This document shows, one piece after another, positions 10,857-24,716 of a stretch of DNA of 64,000 bases. The notes under the pieces were generated by a model, which had not been told where the DNA came from, searched no databases, and saw only the letters and a list, made by a program, of their open reading frames with translations. Source of the DNA: Octopus vulgaris (lineage: Eukaryota). How positions within the stretch are numbered: the first letter of the stretch is position 1; every line of letters begins with the position of its first letter. The stretch lies in NCBI GenBank assembly GCA_951406725.2, contig OX597817.1, forward strand, positions 174,158,001 through 174,222,000. The letters are read 5' to 3'. Position numbers and translations under genes: made by a program.

Positions 10857-13380
10857 TTATTTGATAAAATAGATATCATGGCAAGCATTATTAAAAATAA
10901 ATTTTCAAATTATTTCTAATTTTAATATATACAAAAATATAATTTTTTTTCAAACCATTTTCCTATCATCATCATCATCATCATTATTATTATAATTATT
11001 ATTATTATTATTATTATTTCTTGACATGCGTAGTTGATTACAGGTTACCTATAAAAATTGTTGTAATCAATCTATATTAGAATCTTCATCAAAGCTCTAG
11101 AGGTGCTTTCTTTGCTTGAGCTGGTATTTTGATTATAAGTTTATCTGATTAAGATACTTGGTTAAAATTAAATCCACTTTAAGCCTTTGGTGACAAAGTA
11201 AACCATGTTGGTTTTGTAATTAGTTGTCTTCAAACAGGGTCTCAGATGACAAATGCCTAAGACTGTGGCTGACTTCACAGTGCCACATGCTGCTTTGGAT
11301 TTTGGCTAATATGGAGGAAAATGAAAAAGGTTTGAATTTGAAAAAAAATGATAATTTGAAAAAAAAAAAAAAAATGAATAAAAGTAATTGTATTTGCTGG
11401 GGGTGGGTGGGTGGGTTTGAAAATGAAATAGAATCTATTGTCTAGGCAAAAACAGAAATTAGTAATATAGTTGAATTTTAATTTTATTTTGCTTTTTTTT
11501 TTGTTGTACCTTTTAAGTTAATTCTTCTTATCCTATGTTTTTAATCTTCACTGTATATTTAATGCCTTGCTGTCACTGCGCTTTGTGACCAGCTGTTACT
11601 AAGAGATGTTTGGCCTATTTATTAAATAATAATAATAATAATAATAATAATTGTGACTTTTGCTAAATCTGTGAGGAATTAGAAGAGAGATAAAAGAAAA
11701 AGAAAAAGAAAAATATTAGCTGTTATTTTGTCTTGGTTATCAAAATATGTAATTTTTTTTTCTTTTAATTTTAAATTGTTAACATAATCACTTCATTGAA
11801 AAGCTACAGCTACACACTAACCATTCAGACACTCAACCTTCTCCCTGGCCAAATCCTTTAATACCAACAATGTTTTTGAGTTAGTGTACAATTGCAAGGG
11901 TTCATTGGCCTTCTGTTTTAAAGCATGTCCCATTATTGATTTGTTTTTACTTTACAACTGATCGCCTTATCATCCTTAAACACCAACCCTATCAATCGTT
12001 GTTGTTTAGTCTCCCAAGTCAGCTGTGATGAAGCTGATCTTTGAGTCAAAGATAGTCCAGCCATGACCATGCTCTCTCACTCACTTTCTGTTTTCTTTTC
12101 TTTTTTTTTCTATTTTTCTGTTAATATATATGATCTGGAGAAGGAAAGGATGTGTCAAAGACTTTTTACTGAGTATCTGTAACTAGAAAGGTTATCTTCA
12201 GACTGACTGGGTACCTGGCCTGGACGCTTGCAAAAGTGCACTCTGCTAAAAGCTAACAAAGGGGCCGGCCAAGTGGTGGTGCTAAAAACTAGGCAACAGA
12301 TTAGGATTATCTCAGACTACATTCTTTAATGTGTCTTTCTTTTTATTAAAGACTGTAATACCTGACTTGAGCGAGATTTGGCTGCTATTTCTACCAAATT
12401 CAGTGATCAAAAAGAGGCTTCCTTGGCTTGATATCACTGACAACATTTTGGTTTGGCAAAAAAAAAAAAAACATGTTTTATAAATGCTTCTCTTTTTTCC
12501 CTCTGGCGGATCCTTCTCTATTCCATTATCTGTTGACCTGTTGGTCTTAAAATTCTTCCCTTACACGGGAATAGCTTGTCTTACTTTTAAACCTTTTTAT
12601 TTTCATTTTAATTTTTTATCAAAACCTATGTAAATAAATATTTTGTAGATAGTTACATTAGTGGATTAAAATTTTTCAATTTCCTTTCAGTTTTGCTTCT
12701 TTCTTTTTGCTTTTATATTAGCCATGAAGTAACTCACTCTCAGCATCAGATATATTTTTAAAAGTATCAGAATAATTGTGAATGCTTTTTTAAAATTTTT
12801 TTTTGATTGCTACATTTAATCTTTCTTTCTTTCTTTCTTTCTCTTCACCCCCTTTTCTGAAGTAAAACTACATATAATAAACATTATCTTTGATTTTTCT
12901 TCCACATCAGTAAAAACCAGTAAAAAGTTACTACCCCACCCTTTCTTCCATCCACCCCAAAATCAGTGAATTTTTTTCTTCTTTTTTTTGGTTTCAGACT
13001 TTGTTCATAATATTGTGCATAGGATGGAATTCAATTAGCTACACACATGTATCAATATGTTAATTCAGTTTTATTGAAAGAAAAGTATGTAAATTGACTT
13101 GATTTTTTAATAAAAAATTTATACATAGCAATATTATTACTTTTCTTGAATTCTGTAGATCAGTGTCAAGTTTCACTTGAGAAATGGTTTCCTAATGTTT
13201 TGAGTCAGATCATTGTTTAGATGGTTTAATGACCAAATAATAGTGAAAGTAGTTATGTTTTCCTTGTTTTTTTCATAATACAGAAAGACACTTCAAATTT
13301 ATTGAGAAGATGTGATGTTTATGCTTTTCTGAAAAAACTACCCATTAACAACTTAAATAAAAATTGTCAAAACTTTTAGA
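9981..13380 (+). other. Putative 3' UTR to a proximal poly(A) site
   Basis: AT/U-rich and repeat-poor; AATAAA at 13356-13361 followed by GT-rich sequence. Confidence 0.45.
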
Positions 13381-14176
13381 AACCAGGTTGTAGATTGATT
13401 TGTTTGGTGCTCTTGACCACATACTGACATTTGATTACAAGAACCACAAGAATAATAATAATAACTTCTTAGATTGGTACTAGCCAGTACATATGTAGGA
13501 GAGAATTATACTTCTATAGTAGATTGAATTATCCATTATAAGCACCTGTTTTATTGAAGTAAAGGGATTTGATAAGTGGCCAGTTAGCACAATTGTTGAT
13601 GCTTTGCTGTATGTGTTGTGTATAGCCATTTCTTTCTTTATCTCTCTCCTTGTGCTATGCTTATTTTATAAGCATCAGCAATCATGGACTTCCATATCAA
13701 AGCCTGATGCTTCGTGATTTTTCCTGGGAAAGATAACAACAGTGGTTTCCCTTTGCATTCTGCCAGTTTATTTAGTTTTTCTCTGCTAGTTCCATGCTTT
13801 TCCAAACTTACCCTTGATACACAAAGGCTATTTAACCCTTCATCAGTGGCACTGGTTCACACGATGTCAGTGTGTGTCCATAGACTGGTAGGGTGTGGGG
13901 GTGTGGGGTGGATCTGTGTGACTCATCCCTGCCTGGGAATCCTCCTCCAAGTCTTCTATGTCTTAGCCTCAGGAGTATCTTCTGCTACTTGACCTTTAAC
14001 CAGTGCTTTTGACAGGTTAGAATGAACTTGGGAGTAATGGTGACTAAGGGGTAACTCCATTCTACCTAAAACCCCCCCTGAACTTTCAAGATGGATCCTC
14101 ACCTCTAGATGTAGGTTTGTCTTTTCCATGCAGATGTGATGGTCTTGTTTCTATCTAGTGGACAAGATGGTGTCTC

Positions 14177-14211
<35 letters not shown>

Positions 14212-16989
14212 CTGATAGAAGGCATTGGGATATTACTTTTATATTGGCCCATGAAAAATTCATGACAAGCATTGTGTTCCAAGGCAGTCACCAGATATTG
14301 TCCATCAGTCTGATGGTGCTTTAAAGAAAGAATAATTTGAACTCAGGAAGTAATTTAAAACTGCAAGGCATTTTATTCAGGCATTCCTCTGTTCCTGATG
14401 ATGATAATAATTCTTTCTAACTTTGGCACAAAGCCAGCCACTTTGAAAAGAATGAGTAAGTTGATACTGTCAATTCCAGTACTTGACTGGTCCTTTATTT
14501 TATTACCCTTGAAAGGGTTAAAGGCAAAGTTGGTCTTAGTGAGATTTGAACTGAAAATGTAAGGAGCAGCAACAAATGCTACAAAGCTTTTTCTATGAAT
14601 TCTGCCAGCCTTTATTTCAAATTTTGGTACAAGGATAAAAATTTTGTGGTAAGGAAGCTGGTCAGCTTCATCAATGCCAAGACTTGACTGGTACTTTCTC
14701 AACCCACAAAAGATGAAAGGCACAGTTGACTCTAGTAAGATTTGAACTTATAGTACAAACAGGTGGAAGAAATATGGCTAAACATTTTGTCTGATGGGCC
14801 AACATCTCTGCTGGCTTGTTATTAATGCTTCCTTACACTGGTACAAAATCTTAAAATTTACAACTGTTTCTTAGTTTGTTGACCCTGGTCAAGCGAAGTT
14901 GATCACTGCAGTATTTGAACTCCAAACGTAATGGGATATAACTAAACACCACAAGGCATTTTAACATGGTGCTCTGTCATTTGTGTCATTCAATAATAAT
15001 GTTCTCTTTTTATTAATAAACAACAATAATAATAATAATGGCCATAGATGATAGGTATTGCAACAGACTACATGTTTTACAGTACTTAGTACCGTCCTTC
15101 TTGGCTCTGCCTCTGTACCTTGCTATAGGCTTCCTTTCATTTCCTTATGAACTGATACAGTACTTCATCAGATGCAGCTCTCATTATTATATTGAAATGG
15201 CAGAATTAGAAGAGCATCAGACAAAATGACTAGTGGTAGTTTTTTTTTTCTATGTTCTGAGTTGGAATCCTGTTAAGATCAGCTTTGCCTTTTATCCTTG
15301 CTGAATCAATGGTGTGAAATATTCGTGTGTGGTCTTGTGCCTCTATTAAAAATCATTATTCTTTTAGGAGTTGTACCAATGGGACAAATCTTTGTTATTG
15401 TCTTTAGTATTTATTGTCCAGATAATCATGTTACGTCTTTGATATTTTATGGTATCTGGCTAAATCAAATGATTTACTGTTCAGTTTAAATTGTGACTGC
15501 AATTTATTTTCTTGACCCCTTTGGTACCAACCTGCCCGAGACTACCCTTCTTTCTTTGAAAAACAAAAAAAAACCTCCCTATTTTAAAGGGATCTAAATC
15601 AAAACCTCTCATCACAATTTCATGTTAATTAATGTTCCAAACACAAACTTAATAATCATAATTACTTCAGTGTATTTCAATAGAAATATGGTAAGAAAAG
15701 GGTTAATTCTTTAAAGTAGTTTGAGTAGCAGTTCCAGATAATCAATTGACAAATATGACTCTTTTGTTCCTCCTCACGATTTATCTTTCACTACAGGTTG
15801 TGTGGAATGTGCAGGTGTGGCTGTGTTAAGATTACTTTGCAAATGTGGTTTCAGAATCAGCCCCACCCCCCACATGACACTTTGGACAAGTGTCTTCTAT
15901 TGCAGACTTGTGTTCACCAATGCCTTATAGTAAAAATTTTGTAAATGAGTTCATTGTGTGTGTATGTTTGTCTTGGCATTGATATTGCTTAGGCAGTCAG
16001 GAAAGCTATTTCATACAAACGGTATGTCTTGCAGGTCAGCAGTTTGATATGTGAAGACCAGAGGTATAAAGTACTTTACTAGAAAACAAGGGTTAATGTC
16101 AGGAAGGACATCCAGCAATAGAATACTGCTTCAAGACGTCTCATCTACTCCATGCCAGCATAGAAAACGCAGATGTAAAAAGGATGATGATTGAATGGTT
16201 AAAGTAGTTGACCTATTGACCACATCTGACCGAATTATACTATTATAGCCATTGAAGAAGGTACATAACTCTGTTTACAATTTGAAACAGGCTCTGCTAT
16301 TACTTCAGAACTGAATTGTTAGTGCCTAAGTAGGGCATTTGGGTATTTTGCTTTTAAATCAATGCTCAGAGGGTGAGGAATAACCCTCCATCTCATAAAA
16401 AACAAGCTTACCTCTATGCAAGTATTAAAAACAATGTAAAAACAGCCCAATATATTTTAAGAGAGAAAAATAACAACTTATTGTCTGAAATTTTGCATGG
16501 GGTCTTCTAAAACTAAGAATGAAAGTTATGTATTTGTTAGAGAAATTCCTATATTTTGCTATTAAAAAAAGTATAATTCTATTGTATACTGTTCCAAGGA
16601 AACTGAAGTAAGATATTTCTGTCTCGTTTCATCTAAATTTCTTTAGCTTTAAGCTATTGTTTAGCTGTTTCAGCAAATCGTTTCACCTGTTACCATTCTA
16701 GATTTTATTTTTAACACAGTATATCTAGAATTACATTGTCCAGTGTGTTCGTTTTTACAAAACAAAAATAGGGAGTGATTTGAGGTTTTTGTGGCTGCTG
16801 ATTCAAACTGAGCGACTACGAAGAGGTTCCCTCATTAGCTCGACTAAGCAAGAAGTCATGTTAGGTAGCATTTTCTTTCTCTCTCTCTCTCCCCTTCCCT
16901 CTGCCCCTTCTCTCTCTCTTGTGAAATTTCATTATTTAATATCATTACTATGGAAATAATTGATTGGTGGGGCAGTCTCGTAGAAGAAA

Positions 16990-17430
16990 ATCTGTTTGCA
17001 CCATGAGTTTCATCCTTGACATAACTAGAACGGCATCTCAAAGGCTGGCCCTTCTCTTAGGGCTACAAAATACTTCAGCCTCCAATAAATGCTGACTACT
17101 GACATTCCACAAAGCTCATGTGAGGCCCACAATAGTGTATTGTCTCTCATTTGGGTACAGTGCTACTATTGCAGACAGATATTGTAGACCTCATCCAGAG
17201 AAAGCCCACTTGACTGATTGACATACAATTACGCAAGGACTCGCTGGACTCTGGTCCAGAGGTTTACTAATCCCTCTCTCTGTCACTTCTACTGATACTA
17301 TAATGGTCTTTAATTCTTAGAACTGGTTGATCTTGTTACACCTCTACTCAAATACTCATCCCTCCTTAGTGTTGTGTCCACATACTCCAATTCTTGTACG
17401 AACCATTTCATCCAGTCCTGCCTCTTCAGA
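16990..17430 (+). mobile_element. Highly degenerate LINE RT C-terminal fragment
   Basis: About 17105-17155 reads as a decayed YKAQVRPTMEYCSHIW-like motif. Confidence 0.45.
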
Positions 17431-18049
17431 ACATTAGGTTTCTGGAATTATCTTGCAAAGGCCATGCATACTGACCCCTTCTCTAGACCCAGCCCCAGCT
17501 AGGAAATATCTAAAAAATAGGTCTTTGGTTAGGAATATGGTACAAGTGAAAATGACCAACAGTAGAATTAAGTGATGCAACGATAGAATTAAGAATGCTG
17601 GGTGGGGGTGGAGAGTTGTGACTAATTCACTCATTAAAGTTTGTTGTTTTATTTGGAACCCCTCCTCCATCTCTTGGATTGAGTAGAATCAAGTGAAGCC
17701 AAAAGAATTCTAACACTGGTTCAAGGCTACATGTTTTGGGAAAGGGATAAGTTGATCCATGTTTTATTAAATGTGGCAAAATTTGAACTCACAACATCAA
17801 CTAAATATCTAAAGGCACTTTGTCCAGTTCTGCTACACATTGCAGTTACACATCACTGGTCACAATGCACTTTGCATCGTTTTAGCCATAACTACCCTAA
17901 TGATTCTTTCTACTGTAGACACAAGGCCTGAAAATTTGTAGGAAGGGGACTAATTGAGTATAGGGAGAGGGCAGCAGTCTTTTCTAGCTCAGCTTTTCAC
18001 CATTTGTTGCGGTCTTTTGTTATCTCCATCATGAGGTTCAGCTTCTTGA

Positions 18050-18460
18050 GGTTAGCCTTCACCACTTCTTCCCATGGCTTTCTCAGTCTTGTTCTTCTGC
18101 ATCTTCTTCCTTTTAGCTTGCTCTGCACTTCTTAAACCCAAATCCTCTATACACATCACGTATCCATAACAGCATAATTTCTTTCTCTCTTGCACACTAC
18201 ATTTCATATTTCTTATATCCAGCTTTCCTCTCAGCTCATTTGTGCTGTCATTTATACACAATGACTTTACACACCCAGCGTTTTTGCTTTGCTTCTTTCC
18301 ACTTTTCACACATGTCCCCTGATTTCAGAACTTGTGTTTTTGCTCCCATGCAACATTACACATTTTCTTCACTTGTAGAGAGAGGAAGACAGAGACGGAG
18401 AGAGAGAGAACCCAACCCCGTTTTTGCTAGCAGAAGTGATAACTCCCTGAACTTCTTTTT
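18050..18460 (-). mobile_element. Degenerate RTE fragment
   Basis: ORF 18052-18309 has ELRGKLDIRNMKCSVQER..YGYV, similar to the RTE C-terminus. Confidence 0.65.
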
Positions 18461-18814
18461 ACCCCATTCCTATCCTGGTTACTATGCTTTCAGAAGACCC
18501 GTCTCCACTGTTAATTAGGTTGTATTAGCAAAGAAGATTATTTATTGCTACTAGGAAACCTTCCAAATAATTTAAAGGATTTATTTCTCGTGTGCTCCCA
18601 CTGTCATTTATTCACGTACCTCTATAACATATGAAGTTGTTCTTCTGTGTCAGCCTGCCTGTGATTCCATTTCATCTCTTGAACACTCGTAGTTGACCCA
18701 TGATATTCAAAGTTCCCATCTACTGTTTTTGTGCCAATTGAACCTGGCCATTGCCTTGATAGCAGGGGTGGTCTTGTCTTCTTACCTGCTGTCTGAATAC
18801 AAGTATATAAAATA

Positions 18815-19088
18815 TGGCACTTTGTATGTCACATGATCACGTGACCAACTGTACACATTGCAGTTACACCTCACTGGTCACAATGCGCTTTGCATAGTTT
18901 CAGCCATAAAATGATATCACCCCACTGGCTAGGGGAGCAGGCCAACACTCCCCCTTGATCAAAAGGGGACTGGAGCAATGTGAAACGAAGTGCTTTACTC
19001 AAGAACACAACGCACCGCCCGATCTGGGAATTGAATCTACAAGCTAGCGATCGTGAGTGCAACAGCCTAACCACTAGGCCATGTGCCT
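18815..19088 (-). mobile_element. tRNA-derived SINE family 'D'
   Basis: A-box TGGCCTAGTGGTTAGG and B-box-like GATTCAATTCC on minus. Confidence 0.7.
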
Positions 19089-19505
19089 TTACGTGTATAC
19101 ACACACATGAATGTACATATGTATGTATACACACATATATATATATAGAAAGCAGTTTGCTAAGTGCCATTGCACAAAGCCCTCTGCCTTTAAGCTGCTT
19201 TGTAACTTATACAGATAAAAAAACAAGAACCTGTGTGTATGTGTGCGTATTTCAATTTACAAATGAAAAGAAAAGCATTCAAACATATAGAGTTTATTCA
19301 TTTGAAACTGAAGCTCCTCTGTTGCGATTCTGAGTTTCCTGTCCATTCCTTGCGTGTTACCTTTGGTAAAATTTAAGTGGCAGCGGAATGAAGACTTGAC
19401 ATCAAATAAATTAATATACATATATGTATGTGTGTATGTATGTATATAACATATATCTGTACACACATGCATGTTTGTGAGTGTGTGTATGTACATATAT
19501 ATGTA

Positions 19506-19557
<52 letters not shown>

Positions 19558-19558
<1 letters not shown>

Positions 19559-19723
19559 TTGTTTCAATCATTTGACTGCAGCCATGCTGGAGCACCAACT
19601 TAGAGGGTTTTTAATTGAAGAAACTGACCCCAGGAATATTCTTTGTAAGCCTAGTACTTGTTCTGTTGGGCTCTTTTGCCGAACTGCTAACTTACAGGGA
19701 TGTAAACACACCAACATTGGTTG

Positions 19724-19763
<40 letters not shown>

Positions 19764-19930
19764 GCATACATACACATACACACACACACACACATGATAG
19801 GCTTCTTTCAGTTTCTGTCTACCAAATCCACACACAAGGGTTTGGTAAGCCCAAGGCTATAGTAAAAGACACTTGCCCAAGTTGCCATGCGGTGGGACTG
19901 AACCTAGAACCATGTGATTGGAAAGCAAGC
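19558..19930 (-). mobile_element. SINE family 'B'
   Basis: Head, internal (CA)/(TA) tract and tail match 24272-24716. Confidence 0.85.
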
Positions 19931-21970
19931 TTCTTACCACACTGTCATGCTTATTAGGGATTCCTTAGTTTTGCTGAGAACAACACTACCTCTCTCATGG
20001 AGATGTTGTGATAAAATGCACCCAGTATGTTTTTTTAAAATGATTAGCCAGTGAACAAAAGAATTTTAGGGCAAAGAGAGGTCTTTAGTCTTACTTGAGA
20101 CAAGGTGACCCCTCTTGTACTGGTGTGCAATAAAATGCACTCAATACATTCTGTAAATATTTGGCAATAAGAAAGATATGCAGCAAATGGAATTTATGAT
20201 CAAAACATGGTCCCCCAACCAAATCTAGGAGCTTAGGAATCCCAAATAAGTATGACTTACTTCATCTTTGATGATTGTCTAATTCGTCTAAAGTGTATGA
20301 TAGATGATGATGATGATGATGATGTATACAGTTCTGTGGAGACATACATTCAAGTGTATGTAAATAAATATATTTATGTATATATACATACATGCACACA
20401 TGTTTGTGTGTACAAGTACTATGATATAAATATATGTATATGTGTACACAAGAGTACATGTAATTTATATCATTATACACACCCACACATGCAAGTGTTT
20501 GTGTGTGTGTTTTAAATTTTATATCCATCCTTGCTCATGAAATAATGAAAATAATGAAATCAAGTTCATAGCTAAATTGAATATTAAAAATAGGACACTT
20601 ACAGTTTCTTTTCATTTCTCAGTTACTCTTATTGAAGCCTTTATTATTTATAACCTACCTATGTTTGCACAAGTCATAATATTTCCCTTCCCCTGCTGTT
20701 TTAGGGGACAATGGGTCATTCTTGTTTTCTAATACCCAGCTATCTAGCTGGTATCTGTTTCCTTACGACAGTTCTAGGGATGTGTGTGTTTGTGTATATA
20801 TCTCCTTGTTTGTTATTGTTCAAAAGTAAGACAGCAAGCTGTCAGAATTGTTAGCATGTTGGACAGAATTCTTAGCAGTATTTTGTCTGTCTTTATGTTC
20901 TGAGGTTAACTTTGCCCTTCATCCTTTTGGGGTCAATAAAATAAGTACCAGCTGAGCGCTGAGGGTCAATCTAATTGATTTATCCACTTCCTTGAAATTG
21001 TCAGCCTTGTGCCAAAACTTGAAAGTCCACTTTTCAATGCTGAGATGGATCAAACAGAATTCATTTGGGGCTCCATTTTCTATTGCTGGATCCCTTTCCT
21101 GTCACTAACCATTACCTGCTTCCTTCCAAACAAGGTAGTACTTCTCCATGGCTGGAGATGTTTTCACAGAAGAATGGAAACAAACGACTCTGCATGTATG
21201 GTGGTAATGCATGTTGACAATTATCACGTGATGTTGAAACAAGGAGACGCAAACACACCAAGCCCCAACACACACTACATACATACATACATACATACAC
21301 ACATGCATACATACATATATACACACGTGTGTATAATATTATTTTGGCCTTCAGTTGATTTCTTTTTTTTTTGCTTACCAAATAAGAATCGTTATTTTTG
21401 GCGTTCTGGTCTTTTGAGATTTATGTTTTTGTTATCTGTTTTATTTTCTTTGTTTCCCTAAAATGTCCCTGCTGCTAAGATGCCAGCAAGTATTTTGAAA
21501 TATAATATTAAAAATATTTTATTAGCTTTAAATATCTTGGGCAAGACTTTCTACAAAAAACAGAAAAATAAAACAAGCAAAAAGAAAAGAAAAAGAAAAA
21601 CAAAGTAAAAAAAAAAATAAAGATTAAAATGAAGCAAAGAAACTTATCAGTTGATTTTGAAATATCATTTTATTTTGCTGTGGGTCTTTGCTTCTGTTTT
21701 TATCTCCCAAGTGAATTTCCACTCACATCCAACTTGTGCTGTTATACGCTTTTCTTTATTTATCACAAATGAAATAAAGGTTGTGTAAGTCATGTTACCG
21801 TTTTTTTTTTAATTCCAACTAATTGGCCATTAGTTATCCAGGAATTTCATACACCCTCTTCTCTTCTACATACTCCATAAAGGCATTTGTTGTATTTTTT
21901 TCCAATCTTTAACAGATGTTCTGTTTGGCTTGGCTAATTTAACACTCATCTCTATAAGATATTTGCTACA

Positions 21971-22003
<33 letters not shown>

Positions 22004-22281
22004 CTGCACAAAGACCTACACTCTCTTAACCAAACCAGCATCTAACTCCAACATAATAATGATTTTTCAGCATCAAGACAGCAACATATATAATAATAAT
22101 AATTTTTTTTTTTTGTACATATGACCTCGCACAGACCTTGATCTGTTAAACATATCCAAGTTCAGTTTAAAACGAAATGTAAACCAGAACAATTTCAACC
22201 AAAAGATAAAATCTAAACCACCACAACTTTTTTTTTTTTATTTGGCCAGTGGTGTTCCCTGTTTCACTGTAATACAGTGTA

Positions 22282-22309
22282 AATAAATTGTTTTTCATCA
22301 TCAAATAAA
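22282..22309 (+). terminator. Candidate distal poly(A) signals (two AATAAA)
   Basis: AATAAA at 22282 and 22304, followed by GT/T-rich sequence, ending a second UTR-like tract (about 21340-22320). Confidence 0.35.
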
Positions 22310-22593
22310 CTTAATTAATATTACTGAGTTGTTTGCCTTAATTTCTGTGTGATTTCTTATTATTTATTTTTCTTTTCTTTTCTGTGATGGTTTGGGAAAG
22401 CCTAAGGGTGGATTTCCTATCCTGCTTGGTCAATAGAGACACTCCAAAATATGTTTTTTTCTGATGTGTATCTTGGGGCCCACCACTGGGTCATGTCCTT
22501 GTTGAAGTGTGGTGGCTTGTATGTCTCAACAACTGAGGGCTATGGCAGTAGGGCACAAGTTTCTGGTAGGGCTTCCTATGCTTGACAGGTTAA

Positions 22594-23108
22594 CCCCTTG
22601 ACAATGGTTGATGCAAACATGCGATCACACTTTTGCTTGCCTACCCGCAGTGAACGTAAATATACAATGTAGAGCTACCCTACATCAGGCAGCTGATGTA
22701 TGTTTTACGTCTGCTGTCGTGTACTTTATCTCTTTAGGTGCACACACTCGCCGTCCCATGCATTAACTTAGCTATTTTAGGTTACGTTCAAGTCATGAGA
22801 CTAGCAGAAGACCAATGACATGCGGATACTTTACATGCATAATACCTACCATGCTTTGAGTTGTACCACACGCAAACTATTTTTTGAATATGAGCAGAAT
22901 AACTCATGCATATCATATTATGATAAATAGCTTCACAGAGTTTGTTTCCATAAACCTGGAGACGTAAATGTACGACGCTATGTTATTGTAAGGTTGAACG
23001 TAATTAGACGCGAGCTCGTTAGCACTTGTATGTTTGTGTGGCCTCATTAGATAAAAAAAACACCAGAGCAGTGCCTCACATGCTTTGGGTAATACCAGCG
23101 TCAAGGGG
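22594..23108. mobile_element. piggyBac-type MITE inserted in an internally deleted RTE-like element (about 22480-23435)
   Basis: TTAA TSD at 22590-93 and 23109-12; TIR CCCCTTGACaatGGT / ACCagcGTCAAGGGG. Confidence 0.85.
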
Positions 23109-23714
23109 TTAAAGGGTAGAAGCCATACTAATACAGACAACCTTTTATTAGAGTTAAAAATGGGTTTGCATAGGTCCAACATCCCTATCTAGAAAAAGAG
23201 CAAAGTTTCAGAAGCACCAAAGAAAATTCAAAGCTAACAAGACCTGGGAGAGGAAGCCCTTTTCTCAAGGAGGCTTATGAAATAGCAGGCAGTGGGATAC
23301 TGAGGTAGAGCTGAAAAAGCAGGGATCCAGTGGGAAAGAAGCAGACAAAACAGCTCAGAATTAAGGACGATAGGGAATAGTTGTTGATGACCTATGCACC
23401 ATAGGGAGGAAAGGGCTTAAGTGAAGCGAAGTAATCCCAGGGCAGGTGAGCTTCTGACAAAATTATTTAGACTCAGTCCTGCAGATTAAAGCAGGTGATA
23501 CTACACCTGTTATACCACTACATTAGTAAGTTGTTTTGATGCTGTGGCACACTAAGTTATTTTGAAATAAACCTTTTGTTATCAAACCAGCTGAAACTGT
23601 CTCTGGTCCTATGATACAATCCCCTGTTTTAAAATGATCTTATTTAAAATCTTCCATCAAAATTCCATGCTAATTTATGTTTCAACTGTTAGTTTAACAA
23701 ACCACTTCACCATA

Positions 23715-23983
23715 TGCCCGTGGGCATATGGCGTAGTGGTTAAGAGCATGGGCTACTAACCCCAAGGTTCCAAGTTCACTTCCAAGCAGTGACTTGAACA
23801 ATAACAACAACAACAATAATAATATTAATAATAACATTGAAAAATACCTTAGGAATGAGAACCCAGTTTCGAAATTTCCCCCAAGACACCTGAAGAAGGC
23901 TGGAGGGTATATCAGCTGAAATGTTGTGTTAACAACAAACAAGATGAGGACAAATATCCGTTGAATGTAAATAATGTAAATAA
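23715..23983 (+). mobile_element. tRNA-headed SINE carrying a hammerhead-like motif
   Basis: A-box TGGCGTAGTGGTT, B-box-like AGTTCACTTCC, (AAC/AAT)n spacer, then acac-CTGAAGA-a-GGCTG..CAGCT-GAAA-tg-TT-gtgt at about 23885-23930. Confidence 0.65.
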
Positions 23984-24271
23984 CAACAAAGTTATTTTAC
24001 TAAATTCTTCATTATTTCCAAAACTCAATTGAAATGAAGACAGAAATAAAATAATAAAAGGGTCAAATGTTATAATCATGAGTACAGATAGTAAGAGTTA
24101 CAGCAAGCAACTACCAATTTCTTTGTATGATAACCAGGTGGTGCTATTAAGTTAGACATGGCCTGGGCCAATAATGGCCGAAACCTATCAAAGTATCAAA
24201 GTAACCAAGAAACTAGTGATTGTATGCTGTAATAACTGGTGCACCCCACAAAAGAAAACAAAAAAGCTAAA

Positions 24272-24716
24272 TAGGCATAGGAGTGGCTGTGTGGTAGGTA
24301 GCTTGCTTACCAACCACATGGTTCTGGGTTCAGTCCCATTGTGTGGCACCTTGGGCAAGTGTCTTCTACTATAGCCTTAGGCCGACCAAAGCCTTGTGAG
24401 TGGATTTGATAGACGGAAACTGAAAGAAGCCCGTCATATATATGTATGTGTGTACATATACACACACACATATATATATATATATATGTACGTGTGTGTA
24501 TATGTTTGTGTGTCTGTGTTTTTTTCCCCAACATCGCTTGACAACTGATGCTGGTGTGTTTACGTCCCCAAAACTTAGCAGCTTGGCAAAAGAGACCGAT
24601 AGAATAAGTACTAGGCTCACAAAGAATAAGACCCCGGGGTTGATTTGCTCGACTAAAGGCGGTGCTCCAGCATGGCTGCAGTCAAATGACTGAAACAAGT
24701 AAAAGAGTAAAAGAGT
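24272..24716 (+). mobile_element. SINE family 'B', full length
   Basis: tRNA-like head (TGGCTGTGTGGTA..GGTTCAGTCCC), internal microsatellite, (GAGTAAAA)n tail; many copies in the window. Confidence 0.9.

Noticed and set aside
1953-15170. Other CTGATGA/CTGAAGA matches (about 1953, 2608, 3250, 4881, 13840, 15164)
   Set aside because: No stem II followed by GAAA and a closing stem I; not hammerheads.
23715-23790. tRNA genes at this and other SINE heads
   Set aside because: Acceptor and T stems are decayed and each is fused to a repeat body; these are SINE heads.
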